Shown here: positions 28,805-38,747 of the stretch, in pieces | Numbering within the stretch: position 1 is the stretch's first letter | How the letters are laid out: every line of letters begins with the position of its first letter | Translations under genes and position numbers: made by a program | Origin: Oscillospiraceae bacterium | GTDB lineage: Bacteria > Bacillota > Clostridia > Oscillospirales > Ruminococcaceae | Reading direction: 5' to 3' | Length of the DNA: 64,000 bases | Assembly (NCBI GenBank): GCA_017460835.1 | Contig: JAFUAD010000039.1 | Span: 3,655-67,654, forward strand | Notes under the pieces: generated by a model | Databases searched by the model: none | What the model was told of the DNA's origin: nothing | Seen by the model: the letters and a program-made list of their open reading frames with translations, nothing else

Positions 28805-29662
28805 TCATATCAGATTCTGTATCGCATCATAAATGCGGTGCGCGATATATGGATGATTCATCGTATAAAGATGAATTCCGTCAACACCTTCTGCGATCAA
28901 ATCTGTAATCTGATCGACTGCATATGCAATTCCGGCGTCTAGCAGAGCAGTATCATTGTCTCCGTAACGATCAAGTATGCGAATAAATTTCGTTGGCAGT
29001 GAAGCACCGCAAAGCTTTACCATTCGTTCGATCTGCCGTTTGTTTGTCACAGGCATAATCCCCGCCTCTATAGGTACACTGATTCCTGCAAGCTGTGTCC
29101 TTTCACGAAATTCATAAAAATATTTGTTGTCAAGAAACAGCTGTGTTATCAAATGATTCACACCGCAGTCAACCTTGCTTTTCAGGTGCATGATATCTTC
29201 TACCGCATTTTTGCTCTCAGGATGTACTTCAGGGTAGCAAGCGGCGATGATATTACAGTCATAATGTTCGCGAATAAAGGTGACAAGTTCACTCGCATAC
29301 TTAAAATCACCGGTCATCACGCCGCTGTCTGGAATATCTCCGCGCAGGGCAAGCACATTTTCAATCCCGTTTGCCATCATGCTGTCAAGTATCTGTGCTA
29401 CCTGTACTTTTGTTAGATTGATACAAGGCAGATGTGCCACGCCGGGAGTATGATACTTTGTAATGATGTCAGAGGTAATCTGAATTGTTCGGCATCCGTT
29501 GTTTCCGCCGCCCGCTCCGTAAGTCACACTGATAAAGTCGGGATGAATATCTGACAGTTGATTGAGTGTATCGTAAATCACACGTTCATCGGCATCGGGC
29601 TTAGGCGGGAAAACTTCCAGAGAAAATACTGTTTTCTGTTTGAAAAGGTCAGCTGTTTTCAT
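28805..29662 (-). CDS. metF: 5,10-methylenetetrahydrofolate reductase, 285 aa
   Basis: [10 protein letters not shown]...[11 protein letters not shown]...HLPC...ALRGD...GGFPE-like (CYPEVHPES) are MetF motifs. The start overlaps the metE stop by 14 nt. Confidence 0.9.
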   Translation of the reverse strand: MKTADLFKQKTVFSLEVFPPKPDADERVIYDTLNQLSDIHPDFISVTYGAGGGNNGCRTIQITSDIITKYHTPGVAHLPCINLTKVQVAQILDSMMANGIENVLALRGDIPDSGVMTGDFKYASELVTFIREHYDCNIIAACYPEVHPESKNAVEDIMHLKSKVDCGVNHLITQLFLDNKYFYEFRERTQLAGISVPIEAGIMPVTNKRQIERMVKLCGASLPTKFIRILDRYGDNDTALLDAGIAYAVDQITDLIAEGVDGIHLYTMNHPYIAHRIYDAIQNLI

Positions 29663-31922
29663 TTCTGACCTCTTTCGCCGCAGCAACAAGATTTTTCAGG
29701 CTCGGAACGGTCTCCGCATTTCCTCTTGTTTTCAATCCGCAGTCCGGATTCACCCACAGCTTTGCAGCCGGGATACGCGCAAGCATTTGCGCAAGTGCCG
29801 CCTTGATCTCCTCCTTTGAGGGGATTCGCGGCGAGTGGATGTCATAGACACCCGGACCGACCTCTGTGCGGAAATGGTTCTCCTTCAGCACATCGAGAAT
29901 CGTCAGATCGGAGCGCGACGCTTCAAAGGTAATGACATCCGCATCCATATTGTCGATATCCGTGATGATGTCGGCAAATTCACTGTAGCACATATGCGTG
30001 TGGATCTGCGTCTCCGGTCTGACGCCACTGTGGACAAACCGAAATGCAGGGATCGCCCAATCAAGATAATCTGTTCTCCAGTCGGATTTGCGAAGCGGCA
30101 GCTTTTCGCGCAGCGCGGCTTCGTCCACCTGAATGATGCGGATACCGTTTGCCTCCAGATCAAGCACCTCTTCCCGAATTGCAAGCGCGATCTGGAATGC
30201 ACTCTCTTTCAGAGAAATGTCCTCACGGGGGAACGACCAGTTCAGAATCGTGACCGGTCCTGTCAGCATTCCCTTCATCGGCTTGTCGGTCAGGCTCTGC
30301 GCGTAGCTTGACCACCGCACCGTCATAGGCTTTGCTCTTGCAATATCACCCCAGATGATCGGCGGCTTGACGCAGCGCGTGCCATAGGACTGCACCCATG
30401 CCTTTTCTGTGAAGAGGTAACCGTCCAGGCATTCTCCGAAATACTCGACCATGTCGTTGCGTTCAAATTCGCCGTGAACAAGCACATCGAGCCCGATTTC
30501 CTCCTGCAGTGCAACGCATTCTGCGATTTTTCTTTCGATGAGCTGTTCGTAATCGGCGGCAGAAAGTTCACCCTTGCGCAGTGCAGTACGGGCTGCTTTA
30601 ACATCAGCTGTCTGCGGGAATGAGCCGATCGTGGTTGTCGGGAGCAGCGGCAGGGCAAAGCGCGCCTTCTGAATCTTCTCGCGCTCTGAGAAGGCGGGAA
30701 GCCGCAAAAAATCGCGGTCGGTCAGTGCTGCAACCTTTGCGCGCACATCCGCATTGACGCCCGCCCGCGGCGCACTGTGCAGTGCCGCATTCTGTCTGTA
30801 CGCCGATGTATCAGTCGGCTGTGCCGATTGGAAAATGGCTTTCAGCTCCGCAAGCTCTGTCAGCTTTTCCTTTGCAAATGCAAAATGCTGTTTGCAGTCC
30901 GCGCTGAGTTTGGTCTCATTCGCAAGCGTACACGGAACATGCAACAGGGAGCAGGAGGTATTCAGCACGGTCTGCGCCGCATATTTCTGCAATTCCTGTA
31001 CGATGGACAGGGTATGGGCATAATTGTTGTGCCAGATGTTCTTTCCGTTTACCACGCCCGCAAACAGCGTTTTGTCTTTCGGAAAGCCGTTCGCACGGAC
31101 AAGTGCAAGAGACTGCTTCCCTTCTGCAAAATCCAGCCCGATGCCGTCAAAATCCAGTGTGCAAAGCTGATTGTAGCAATCACGCACATCTCCGAAATAT
31201 GTCTGCACCAGCACCTGCACACCGTGCTTGTTTGCGAGGATCTTCTCATAGATTGACACAAACAGCGCGGTCTCCGCTTCGGTCATATCTTTGACCAGAG
31301 ACGGCTCGTCCAGCTGCACCCATGCTGCACCGAGTTCGCCGAACCGGCACAGCAGCTCGGAATATGCAGCAGCGATCGCATCTGCAAAGTCAGCGGCGGT
31401 CTTGGTGCCTGTGTACCGAGCCAGCTTCAAAAATGTATACGCCCCGAGGACGACTGGCTTTGTCTGCACCCCCTGATCGAGCGCCTCGCGGAACAAATCA
31501 AAGGGCTTTGTGCCCACCAGCTTCAGTTCTGCTGCATCGCTGATCTCCGGCACCATGTAGTGGTAGTTGGTGTTGTACCACTTTTTCATGGCGAGTGCCT
31601 TCACGTCGCCTTTTTCGCCCTGATAGCCTCTTGCGGCGGCAAAATAGGTATCGAGCGCGGAAAGACCGAGCGCGGTGTACCGCTCGGGAACGGCGTTCAG
31701 CAGAAACGCCGTGTCCAGCACGCCGTCATAGAACGAAAAGTCGTTTGACGGGATGAAATCCAGACCGCTGTTTTTCTGCAGATTCAGATTGTACAGCCGG
31801 ATCGCTTTTGCAGTCTGCTCTAACTCGGCGGCAGTGATTTCGCCTCTGAAATACTGCTCGCTTGCGAATTTCAATTCACGCAGATTGCCGATTCTCGGGT
31901 AGCCGATGATGGATGTTTTCAT
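29649..31922 (-). CDS. metE: Cobalamin-independent methionine synthase, 757 aa
   Basis: [20 protein letters not shown] at the N-terminus and the C-terminal Zn site region HTHMCYSEF...[16 protein letters not shown] lies before ATG 31922. Confidence 0.95.
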   Translation of the reverse strand: MKTSIIGYPRIGNLRELKFASEQYFRGEITAAELEQTAKAIRLYNLNLQKNSGLDFIPSNDFSFYDGVLDTAFLLNAVPERYTALGLSALDTYFAAARGYQGEKGDVKALAMKKWYNTNYHYMVPEISDAAELKLVGTKPFDLFREALDQGVQTKPVVLGAYTFLKLARYTGTKTAADFADAIAAAYSELLCRFGELGAAWVQLDEPSLVKDMTEAETALFVSIYEKILANKHGVQVLVQTYFGDVRDCYNQLCTLDFDGIGLDFAEGKQSLALVRANGFPKDKTLFAGVVNGKNIWHNNYAHTLSIVQELQKYAAQTVLNTSCSLLHVPCTLANETKLSADCKQHFAFAKEKLTELAELKAIFQSAQPTDTSAYRQNAALHSAPRAGVNADVRAKVAALTDRDFLRLPAFSEREKIQKARFALPLLPTTTIGSFPQTADVKAARTALRKGELSAADYEQLIERKIAECVALQEEIGLDVLVHGEFERNDMVEYFGECLDGYLFTEKAWVQSYGTRCVKPPIIWGDIARAKPMTVRWSSYAQSLTDKPMKGMLTGPVTILNWSFPREDISLKESAFQIALAIREEVLDLEANGIRIIQVDEAALREKLPLRKSDWRTDYLDWAIPAFRFVHSGVRPETQIHTHMCYSEFADIITDIDNMDADVITFEASRSDLTILDVLKENHFRTEVGPGVYDIHSPRIPSKEEIKAALAQMLARIPAAKLWVNPDCGLKTRGNAETVPSLKNLVAAAKEVRNENS

Positions 31923-32009
31923 TTGCCTATTCCTCCAGTATGATTCGTCGGTGATGTCATTATACCACAGATCGGGGCAATACGGAAATATCAAAATTTC
32001 ATGCAGTGC

Positions 32010-32026
32010 CATAGCCAAAAGCTATG
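32010..32026. promoter_or_regulatory. Candidate LysR (T-N11-A) operator in the metE / LysR divergent region
   Basis: CATAGC-caaaa-GCTATG perfect inverted repeat containing T-N11-A. It lies about 90 nt upstream of metE and about 75 nt upstream of the LysR gene. Confidence 0.45.
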
Positions 32027-32048
32027 ACGTGGCATTCGGTTTTCAGAG

Positions 32049-32077
32049 TTGCAACATTTCGGAAAATGTGGTAGAAT
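32049..32077 (+). promoter_or_regulatory. Sigma-A-type promoter of the first LysR gene
   Basis: TTGCAA - 17 nt - TAGAAT with a TGg extended -10. Confidence 0.5.
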
Positions 32078-32097
32078 AGAGACGAGGTGGTCTCATC

Positions 32098-33069
32098 ATG
32101 AACCTGAATCAGCTGAAATACATTATCACAATTGCAGAATGCGGCTCAATTACAACCGCTGCACAGAAGCTCTTTCTTGCACAGCCAAGCCTGTCAAAAT
32201 CCGTTGCAGAACTGGAAAAGGAAATGGGCATCGTGATCTTTCACCGCAGCAGCCGCGGCGTGTATCTTTCAGAGGACGGCACAAAGTTTTTGTCATATGC
32301 CCGACAGATCGTGGAGCAGACAGAGCTGCTGGAGCGCGAATATAAGGCAGCGCCGCCGCCGCGCAGAGCCTTTGCAATTTCATCTCAGCATTACGCCTTT
32401 GTGGTGAATGCCTTTGTGGAACTGGTGCGGGAATGCGGAAAGGAGAAATATGAATTCACCCTGCGGGAACTGCGCACCGGCGAGATCATTGAGGATATCC
32501 GCACACACCGCAGCGACATCGGTGTGCTGTATCTCTCCCGGTTCAACCGAGAGGTCATGCAGCACATCCTGCAAACGGAGGAAATGCAGTTTACAACGCT
32601 GTTTTCTGCCAAGCCGCACATATTTGTCAGCCGTCAGAATCCATTGGCGGGGCGCAGCTCTGTGACCTTGGAGGAATTAAAGGATTATCCTCGTCTGACC
32701 TACGATCAGGGCGTCAAAAATTCCTTTTATTTTGCAGAGGAACTGCATATCACGGCAGACAGCCCCAAGAATCTTGTCGTATCCGACCGGGCAACTCTGT
32801 TCAATCTGCTGATCGGGCTGGACGGTTACACCATTTCCTCTGGGATCCTCAGCACGGATCTGAACGGAGACAATATTGTCTCCATTCCGCTGGAAAGCGA
32901 TGAGCAGATGGACATCGGCTATGTCACAAAATCGGACAGACCGATGAATGCGATCACGGTTCGCTATGTAGAGCTGCTGAGATGTTATATCCGGCAATTT
33001 ACAGGGAATACTGAAAAGATAAGCGAGGAACACGAACATGAATATTTTGCACATGAAATATGCGGTTAA
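32098..33069 (+). CDS. LysR-family transcriptional regulator, 323 aa
   Basis: N-terminal wHTH LNQLKYIITIAECGSITTAAQKLFLAQPSLSKSVAELEKEMG plus a LysR substrate-binding domain. Divergent from metE-metF. Confidence 0.9.
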   Translation: MNLNQLKYIITIAECGSITTAAQKLFLAQPSLSKSVAELEKEMGIVIFHRSSRGVYLSEDGTKFLSYARQIVEQTELLEREYKAAPPPRRAFAISSQHYAFVVNAFVELVRECGKEKYEFTLRELRTGEIIEDIRTHRSDIGVLYLSRFNREVMQHILQTEEMQFTTLFSAKPHIFVSRQNPLAGRSSVTLEELKDYPRLTYDQGVKNSFYFAEELHITADSPKNLVVSDRATLFNLLIGLDGYTISSGILSTDLNGDNIVSIPLESDEQMDIGYVTKSDRPMNAITVRYVELLRCYIRQFTGNTEKISEEHEHEYFAHEICG

Positions 33070-33964
33070 GGTGTCGGAAATCGGCTCGCTGAATAAGGCG
33101 GCCGAGCAGCTTCTCATTGCACAACCCAATCTGAGCCGGTGCATCAAGGAGTTGGAGGCGGCACTTGGCATCACGATTTTTGTGCGCAGTACAAAAGGAA
33201 TGAGCCTGACACCGGAGGGCGAGGAATTTATCGCATATGCCAAGCAGGTACTTCGACAGATTGATGATATTGAAAAAATGTATCAGCAAGGGATTCCGAA
33301 AAAACAGAAATTTTCGATTTCCGTGCCGCGTGCCAGTTATATATCTGAAGCATTTGCAGTGTTTTCCCGCTGCATTGCACCTGATTCCGCCGAGATTTTT
33401 TACAAGGAAACCAATTCCTCACGCGCGATTCACAATATTTTATCCTCGGACTACCGCCTCGGAATTATACGGTATGCGGCAAGTTATGATAAATATTTCA
33501 AGCAAATGCTCGATGAGAAAGAATTGTGTTATGAGGTTGTATCGGAATTTCAGTATATGATCGTGGCAAGCAAAAACAGCTGTCTGATGCAGTTGCCGGA
33601 AATTCGTCTTTCCGATCTGGATTCACTGATTGAAATTGCGCACGCCGATCCGTATGTTCCCTCATTGCCGATGTCGGCGGTCAAAAAAGAGGAACTGTCC
33701 GAGCATATCAACAGGCGTATTTTTGTTTTTGAGCGCGCAAGTCAGTTTGATCTGCTCGCTATGAATCCGGAAACCTTTATGTGGGTCTCTCCGCTCCCGA
33801 ACCAACTATTGGCACGCTATCAGCTTGAGCAGCGGCAATGTCCCGATAACAAGCGCATTTATAAGGACGTCCTGATTCACAGAAAGGACTATCAGTTAAC
33901 GCCGCTAGATCAGCAGTTCATCACAGAGTTATGCCGCGCAAAACGTGCGTATATTCATGAATAA
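33038..33964 (+). CDS. LysR-family transcriptional regulator (second, paralogous), 308 aa
   Basis: ILHMKYAVKVSEIGSLNKAAEQLLIAQPNLSRCIKELEAALG wHTH. The start overlaps the previous LysR gene by 32 nt. Confidence 0.9.
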   Translation: MNILHMKYAVKVSEIGSLNKAAEQLLIAQPNLSRCIKELEAALGITIFVRSTKGMSLTPEGEEFIAYAKQVLRQIDDIEKMYQQGIPKKQKFSISVPRASYISEAFAVFSRCIAPDSAEIFYKETNSSRAIHNILSSDYRLGIIRYAASYDKYFKQMLDEKELCYEVVSEFQYMIVASKNSCLMQLPEIRLSDLDSLIEIAHADPYVPSLPMSAVKKEELSEHINRRIFVFERASQFDLLAMNPETFMWVSPLPNQLLARYQLEQRQCPDNKRIYKDVLIHRKDYQLTPLDQQFITELCRAKRAYIHE

Positions 33965-33973
33965 GAGCCATAT

Positions 33974-34013
33974 ACAGCAGTTCCTTCTGAGAAAAAAAGG
34001 AACTGCTGTTTTG
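33974..34013 (+). terminator. Rho-independent terminator after the LysR pair
   Basis: Perfect 13-bp stem ACAGCAGTTCCTT / AAGGAACTGCTGT followed by TTTT. Confidence 0.8.
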
Positions 34014-34117
34014 TATTCCGTATCAGTTATATCGATAGCAATATGACCGATATGCTTTTTTGGTTCTTCTCAAAGCGATTTCTGTCTGTTATAATATAAG
34101 CGGTCGGAGGTGATGAT

Positions 34118-34741
34118 GTGAAACGACCGATTTGTTCAAAAGCAACGCTCGGCAGGCTTCCTTTATATCTGACATATTTGCGCACGGCAGAAATCGGCGA
34201 AACAGTTTCTGCATCGCATATCTCCAAGTCTCTGAGTCTGGGAGAGGTGTTGGTTCGTAAGGATTTGAATGCTGTCTGCGGCAACGGCAAACCCAAAATC
34301 GGCTATCATACCGATGCGCTCTTGAAAAAACTGGAATCCATTCTGGGTGAGCATCATACTTTGCCGGCGGTCATTGTCGGAGCCGGAAAGTTGGGTTCAG
34401 CACTTTTGGGCTTCGAGGGCTTTGATGCTTACGGTCTGAAAATCATTGCCGCTTTTGACAGCCGAATCGAGCAGCGTGACAGCGCGGTCTATCCGATGGA
34501 GCAATTCACACACTTCTGCATGATGCAGGATGTTCACATCGGCATCATCACCGTGCCGGTCAATTCGGCGCAGGAAATATGTGATCTCATGGTGCGAAGC
34601 GGGATCACGGCAATCTGGAATTTTGCACCGTGCGTATTACAGGTTCCGAAATCGGTGATCGTGCAGCAGGAGAACCTTGCGTTATCTCTGGCACATCTTA
34701 CCCTATCGGTCCGAGGGGCAACAATCAATCAGGAGGAATAA
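34118..34741 (+). CDS. rex: Redox-sensing transcriptional repressor Rex, 207 aa
   Basis: ATLGRLPLYLTYL...ISKSLSLGEVLVRKDL wHTH and the Rossmann motif VIVGAGKLGSAL. GTG start lies behind GGAGG. Confidence 0.9.
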   Translation: MKRPICSKATLGRLPLYLTYLRTAEIGETVSASHISKSLSLGEVLVRKDLNAVCGNGKPKIGYHTDALLKKLESILGEHHTLPAVIVGAGKLGSALLGFEGFDAYGLKIIAAFDSRIEQRDSAVYPMEQFTHFCMMQDVHIGIITVPVNSAQEICDLMVRSGITAIWNFAPCVLQVPKSVIVQQENLALSLAHLTLSVRGATINQEE

Positions 34742-34744
34742 ATC

Positions 34745-37465
34745 ATGGATCAGAAAGCCTATGAGATCGTAGACAGCGTAGAAAAACTGGAGGCGGCACT
34801 TGCGCGTGTGAGAGCCGCACAGCAGAAATTCGCTGTTTACACACAAGAACAGGTAGATCAAATCTTCCTTGCAGCAGCAACCGCAGCGAATCAGGCGCGC
34901 ATCCCGCTTGCAAAGCTTGCTGTGGAAGAAACAGGAATGGGGATTGCTGAGGACAAGGTCATCAAGAACCATTATGCAAGCGAATACATCTATAATGCCT
35001 ATCGCAACGCGAAGACCTGCGGCGTGATTGAGGAAGATGCGGCATTCGGCACGAAAAAGATTGCAGAGCCGATTGGCGTAATCGGTGCTGTCATTCCGAC
35101 AACAAACCCGACATCCACGGCGATCTTTAAAACACTGATTGCACTGAAAACCCGAAACGGTATTGTAATCAGCCCACACCCTCGCGCAAAAGGATGCACC
35201 ATTGCAGCCGCAAAGGTTGTGTTGGAGGCAGCGGTGAAGGCAGGCGCGCCGGAGGATATCGTTGCGTGGATTGATGTGCCGAGCCTTGAGATGACAAATC
35301 TGCTGATGAAGGAATCGGATATCATTCTTGCGACCGGTGGACCGGGAATGGTTCGTGCCGCATATTCCAGCGGAAAGCCTGCACTCGGCGTCGGCGCCGG
35401 CAATACGCCTGCTATTATTGATGACACTGCGGACATTTTTCTTGCGGTGAATTCCATTATTCATTCTAAAACATTTGATAACGGCATGATCTGCGCATCC
35501 GAGCAGTCCGTGATTGTACTTGATCGGGTCTATGATGCCGTCAAGCAGGAATTTGCCGCGCGCGGCTGCTATTTCCTGAACCCGGAGGAAACCGAAAAGG
35601 TCAGAAAGACGATCATCATCAACGGCGCACTGAACGCAAAAATCGTCGGACAGCGTGCCGCAAAGATCGCACAGCTCGCAGGAGTCACTGTGCCGGACGG
35701 CACAAAAATTCTGATCGGAGAAGTGGAATCCGTTGATATCTCTGAAGAATTTGCACATGAAAAGCTCTCTCCGGTTCTCGCTATGTACCGTGCGAAGGAC
35801 ATTCACGATGCGTTTGATAAGGCAGAGCATCTGATCGCGGACGGCGGCTACGGACACACATCCTCCATCTATCTGAATCCTGCCACGGAGCAGGCAAAAC
35901 TCGACGAATTCTCCGCACGCATGAAAACCTGCCGTATTCTTGTCAATACACCGTCCTCGCAGGGCGGCATCGGCGACCTGTACAATTTCAAACTGACACC
36001 CTCTTTGACGCTGGGCTGCGGTTCATGGGGCGGCAATTCTGTCAGCGAGAATGTTGGGATCAAGCACCTGTTGAACATCAAAACAGTCGCTGAGAGGAGA
36101 GAGAATATGCTGTGGTTCCGTGCGCCGGAAAAGATCTACCTGAAGAAGGGCTGTCTGCCTGTTGCGTTGGATGAATTGAAAACGGTAATGGGTAAGAAAA
36201 AAGCATTCATTGTCACAGACAGCTTCCTCTATCAGAACAATTATACCAAGCCGATCACTGATAAACTCGATGAGATCGGGGTTCAGCACACAACATTTTT
36301 CGATGTTGCACCGGACCCGACACTTGCCTGCGCCAAAGAGGGCGCTACACAAATGTCGGCATTCCAGCCGGATGTCATTATTGCGCTGGGCGGCGGTTCG
36401 GCAATGGATGCGGCAAAAATCATGTGGGTGCTGTATGAGCATCCGGATGTTGACTTTATGGATATGGCAATGCGCTTTTCCGATATCCGCAAGCGGATCT
36501 ATACTTTCCCGAAAATGGGCGAAAAGGCTTATTTTATTGCCATTCCGACCTCTGCCGGAACCGGCTCGGAGGTGACGCCGTTTGCCGTTATCACGGATGA
36601 ACAATCCGGCATCAAATATCCGCTTGCGGATTATGAACTTCTGCCGAATATGGCGATTGTGGACGCCGATTTCCACATGACGGCACCGAAGGGACTGACC
36701 GCGGCATCTGGCATTGATGCGGTCACACACGCGCTGGAGGCGTATGCTTCCATGCTTGCGACCGATTACACCGACGGGCTTGCACTGCGTGCATTGAAAA
36801 CAATCTTTGAATATCTGCCGCGTGCGTATGAAAACGGTCAGAACGATCCCGAAGCTCGTGAGAAAATGGCGAACGCAGCAACAATGGCAGGTATGGCGTT
36901 TGCAAACGCATTTCTCGGCGTTTGCCATTCGATGGCGCATAAACTCGGCGCATTCCACCATCTGCCGCACGGCGTTGCCAACGCATTGATGATTGATGAG
37001 GTACTGCGCTTCAATGCCGCAGAGGTGCCTGCGAAGATGGGAACATTCCCACAGTACGATCATCCGCATACACTTGCGCGTTATGCAGAAATTGCGGACT
37101 ACCTCGGCTGCGGCGGCAATACGGACGAGGAAAAACTCGAAAACCTCATCCGCAAGATTGACACGCTGAAAAACAGGATCGGCATTAAACCGACAATCCG
37201 TGGCTATGTTGCAGATGAAGCAGATTTTCTTGCACGGCTCGATGATATGACGGAGCAGGCATTTGACGACCAATGCACCGGCGCGAATCCGCGGTATCCG
37301 CTGTTCAGTGAGATCAGGCAAATGTATCTGAATGCCTACTATGGGGAACACACCTTTACGGAGGAAGCAAAGCCGGATGAAAGTCAGCTTACGGCGGCAT
37401 CCGATGCAAAGGATGTCAAGCAGGCATTTAACCGTGCAAAGCGCGGCATTCACAAGAATCTGTAA
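34745..37465 (+). CDS. adhE: Bifunctional acetaldehyde-CoA/alcohol dehydrogenase, 906 aa
   Basis: N-terminal ALDH domain (catalytic FDNGMICASEQS) plus a C-terminal iron-ADH domain (GGGSAMDAAK, HSMAHKLG). Starts 3 nt after the rex stop. Confidence 0.95.
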   Translation: MDQKAYEIVDSVEKLEAALARVRAAQQKFAVYTQEQVDQIFLAAATAANQARIPLAKLAVEETGMGIAEDKVIKNHYASEYIYNAYRNAKTCGVIEEDAAFGTKKIAEPIGVIGAVIPTTNPTSTAIFKTLIALKTRNGIVISPHPRAKGCTIAAAKVVLEAAVKAGAPEDIVAWIDVPSLEMTNLLMKESDIILATGGPGMVRAAYSSGKPALGVGAGNTPAIIDDTADIFLAVNSIIHSKTFDNGMICASEQSVIVLDRVYDAVKQEFAARGCYFLNPEETEKVRKTIIINGALNAKIVGQRAAKIAQLAGVTVPDGTKILIGEVESVDISEEFAHEKLSPVLAMYRAKDIHDAFDKAEHLIADGGYGHTSSIYLNPATEQAKLDEFSARMKTCRILVNTPSSQGGIGDLYNFKLTPSLTLGCGSWGGNSVSENVGIKHLLNIKTVAERRENMLWFRAPEKIYLKKGCLPVALDELKTVMGKKKAFIVTDSFLYQNNYTKPITDKLDEIGVQHTTFFDVAPDPTLACAKEGATQMSAFQPDVIIALGGGSAMDAAKIMWVLYEHPDVDFMDMAMRFSDIRKRIYTFPKMGEKAYFIAIPTSAGTGSEVTPFAVITDEQSGIKYPLADYELLPNMAIVDADFHMTAPKGLTAASGIDAVTHALEAYASMLATDYTDGLALRALKTIFEYLPRAYENGQNDPEAREKMANAATMAGMAFANAFLGVCHSMAHKLGAFHHLPHGVANALMIDEVLRFNAAEVPAKMGTFPQYDHPHTLARYAEIADYLGCGGNTDEEKLENLIRKIDTLKNRIGIKPTIRGYVADEADFLARLDDMTEQAFDDQCTGANPRYPLFSEIRQMYLNAYYGEHTFTEEAKPDESQLTAASDAKDVKQAFNRAKRGIHKNL

Positions 37466-37477
37466 GGAGGGAACAAC

Positions 37478-38227
37478 ATGAATTTGGATCGAGTCATCGC
37501 AGTTCGTAACACGAAAACCGTCTACCGTGACGGCGACCGCTGCATCAAGGTATTCAATGCCGAATACTCAAAAGCAGATGTCCTGAACGAGGCATTGAAT
37601 CAGGCACGAATCGAAGAAACCGGACTGTATGTGCCGAAGCTGATTGAGGTTCTGATGATTGACGGAAAATGGGCAATCGTTTCGGAATTTATCAAGGGAA
37701 AGACGCTTGCGCAGCTCATGGAGGAGCATCCCGAAAATCGTGCGCAGTATCTGGAGCTGCTTGTTGACATTCAGCTTGAGATTCAGTCCAAAACCTGTCG
37801 GCTGCTCAGTAAGCTGAAAGACAAAATGAACGACAAGATCAGTCAGGCGGATCTGAATGCGACAACGCGCTATGATCTGCATACCCGTCTGGAGGGTATG
37901 CCAAAGCATAACAAGGTGTGCCACGGAGATTTGAACCCGTCAAATGTAATCATTACAGAGGACGGAACGCCGTACATCATTGACTGGGCGCACGCAACAC
38001 AGGGCAATGCATCCGCAGATGCTGCCAGAACATATCTGCTGTTCTGGCTGAACGGCGATATCGAGGGGGCAAAACAATATCTCACGGTCTTCTGTCAAAA
38101 GAGCAATACTGCAATGCAGTATGTTCAGAAATGGATGCCGATTGTTGCCGCTTCACAGTCCGTAAAAGGAAACACCAAAGAACGAGAATTCCTACTCTCG
38201 TGGGTCGATGTTGTGGACTATATGTAA
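37478..38227 (+). CDS. Protein-kinase-like (APH-fold) phosphotransferase, 249 aa
   Basis: Catalytic loop HGDLNPSNVII, metal-binding IIDW, and beta-3 Lys in RCIKVF. It occupies the kinase position of the HydS signalling cluster. Confidence 0.7.
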   Translation: MNLDRVIAVRNTKTVYRDGDRCIKVFNAEYSKADVLNEALNQARIEETGLYVPKLIEVLMIDGKWAIVSEFIKGKTLAQLMEEHPENRAQYLELLVDIQLEIQSKTCRLLSKLKDKMNDKISQADLNATTRYDLHTRLEGMPKHNKVCHGDLNPSNVIITEDGTPYIIDWAHATQGNASADAARTYLLFWLNGDIEGAKQYLTVFCQKSNTAMQYVQKWMPIVAASQSVKGNTKEREFLLSWVDVVDYM

Positions 38228-38239
38228 GGAGGGGTTTTG

Positions 38240-38482
38240 ATGAAAGTTACAGTGTGTATTGGCTCATCCTGCCATCTGAAAGGCTCCCGTCAGGTTGTTG
38301 AACAGCTTCAGTATCTGATCGCCGAGGAAAACTTAGGCGATGCAGTCAGTCTTGGCGGAACATTCTGCATGGGCAAATGTCAGCAGGGGGTCTGCGTTAC
38401 GGTTGACGATATGTTTTACTCGGTGACGCCGGATACCGTCAGGGATTTCTTTGAAACGCAGATCAAGGCAAAGGTTTCATGA
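38240..38482 (+). CDS. Thioredoxin-like [2Fe-2S] ferredoxin-domain protein, 80 aa
   Basis: CIGSSCHLKG ... FCMGKCQQG gives a four-Cys pattern (CxxxxC...CxxxC). Confidence 0.65.
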   Translation: MKVTVCIGSSCHLKGSRQVVEQLQYLIAEENLGDAVSLGGTFCMGKCQQGVCVTVDDMFYSVTPDTVRDFFETQIKAKVS

Positions 38483-38483
38483 C

Positions 38484-38747
38484 ATGATGATTGTTGAAAT
38501 CTGTGTCGGCTCTTCCTGCCATTTGAAAGGTGCAGAGGATATCGTCACATTATTCCAATCCGCAATTGCCGAACATCATCTGGATGAGGATATTACACTT
38601 GTCGGGAGCTTTTGCACCGGCAAGTGTAATCGTATCGGTGTGACAGTCACAATTGATGACGAGATTTATCCCGGCATTACAAAGGAGCATTTCCAGGAGT
38701 TTTTTGCCATGCATATCCTACAGCACTTTTCGGCTGAAAGCAGGTGA
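38484..38747 (+). CDS. Thioredoxin-like [2Fe-2S] ferredoxin-domain protein (tandem paralogue), 87 aa
   Basis: CVGSSCHLKG ... FCTGKCNRIG. Same architecture as the preceding gene, and it starts 1 nt after that gene's stop. Confidence 0.65.
   Translation: MMIVEICVGSSCHLKGAEDIVTLFQSAIAEHHLDEDITLVGSFCTGKCNRIGVTVTIDDEIYPGITKEHFQEFFAMHILQHFSAESR

Noticed and set aside
33965-34117. Rex operator (TTGTGAA-N4-TTCACAA / TTGTTAA-N4-TTAACAA) upstream of rex-adhE
   Set aside because: No convincing match is seen in the promoter region, only a TATCGATA palindrome and a TTCTCA-17-TATAAT promoter. Rex autoregulation is therefore not claimed.
34703-37453. Minus-strand ORFs (384 and 476 aa) antisense to adhE
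   Set aside because: Cys/Arg/His-rich nonsense composition. adhE on the + strand is certain.
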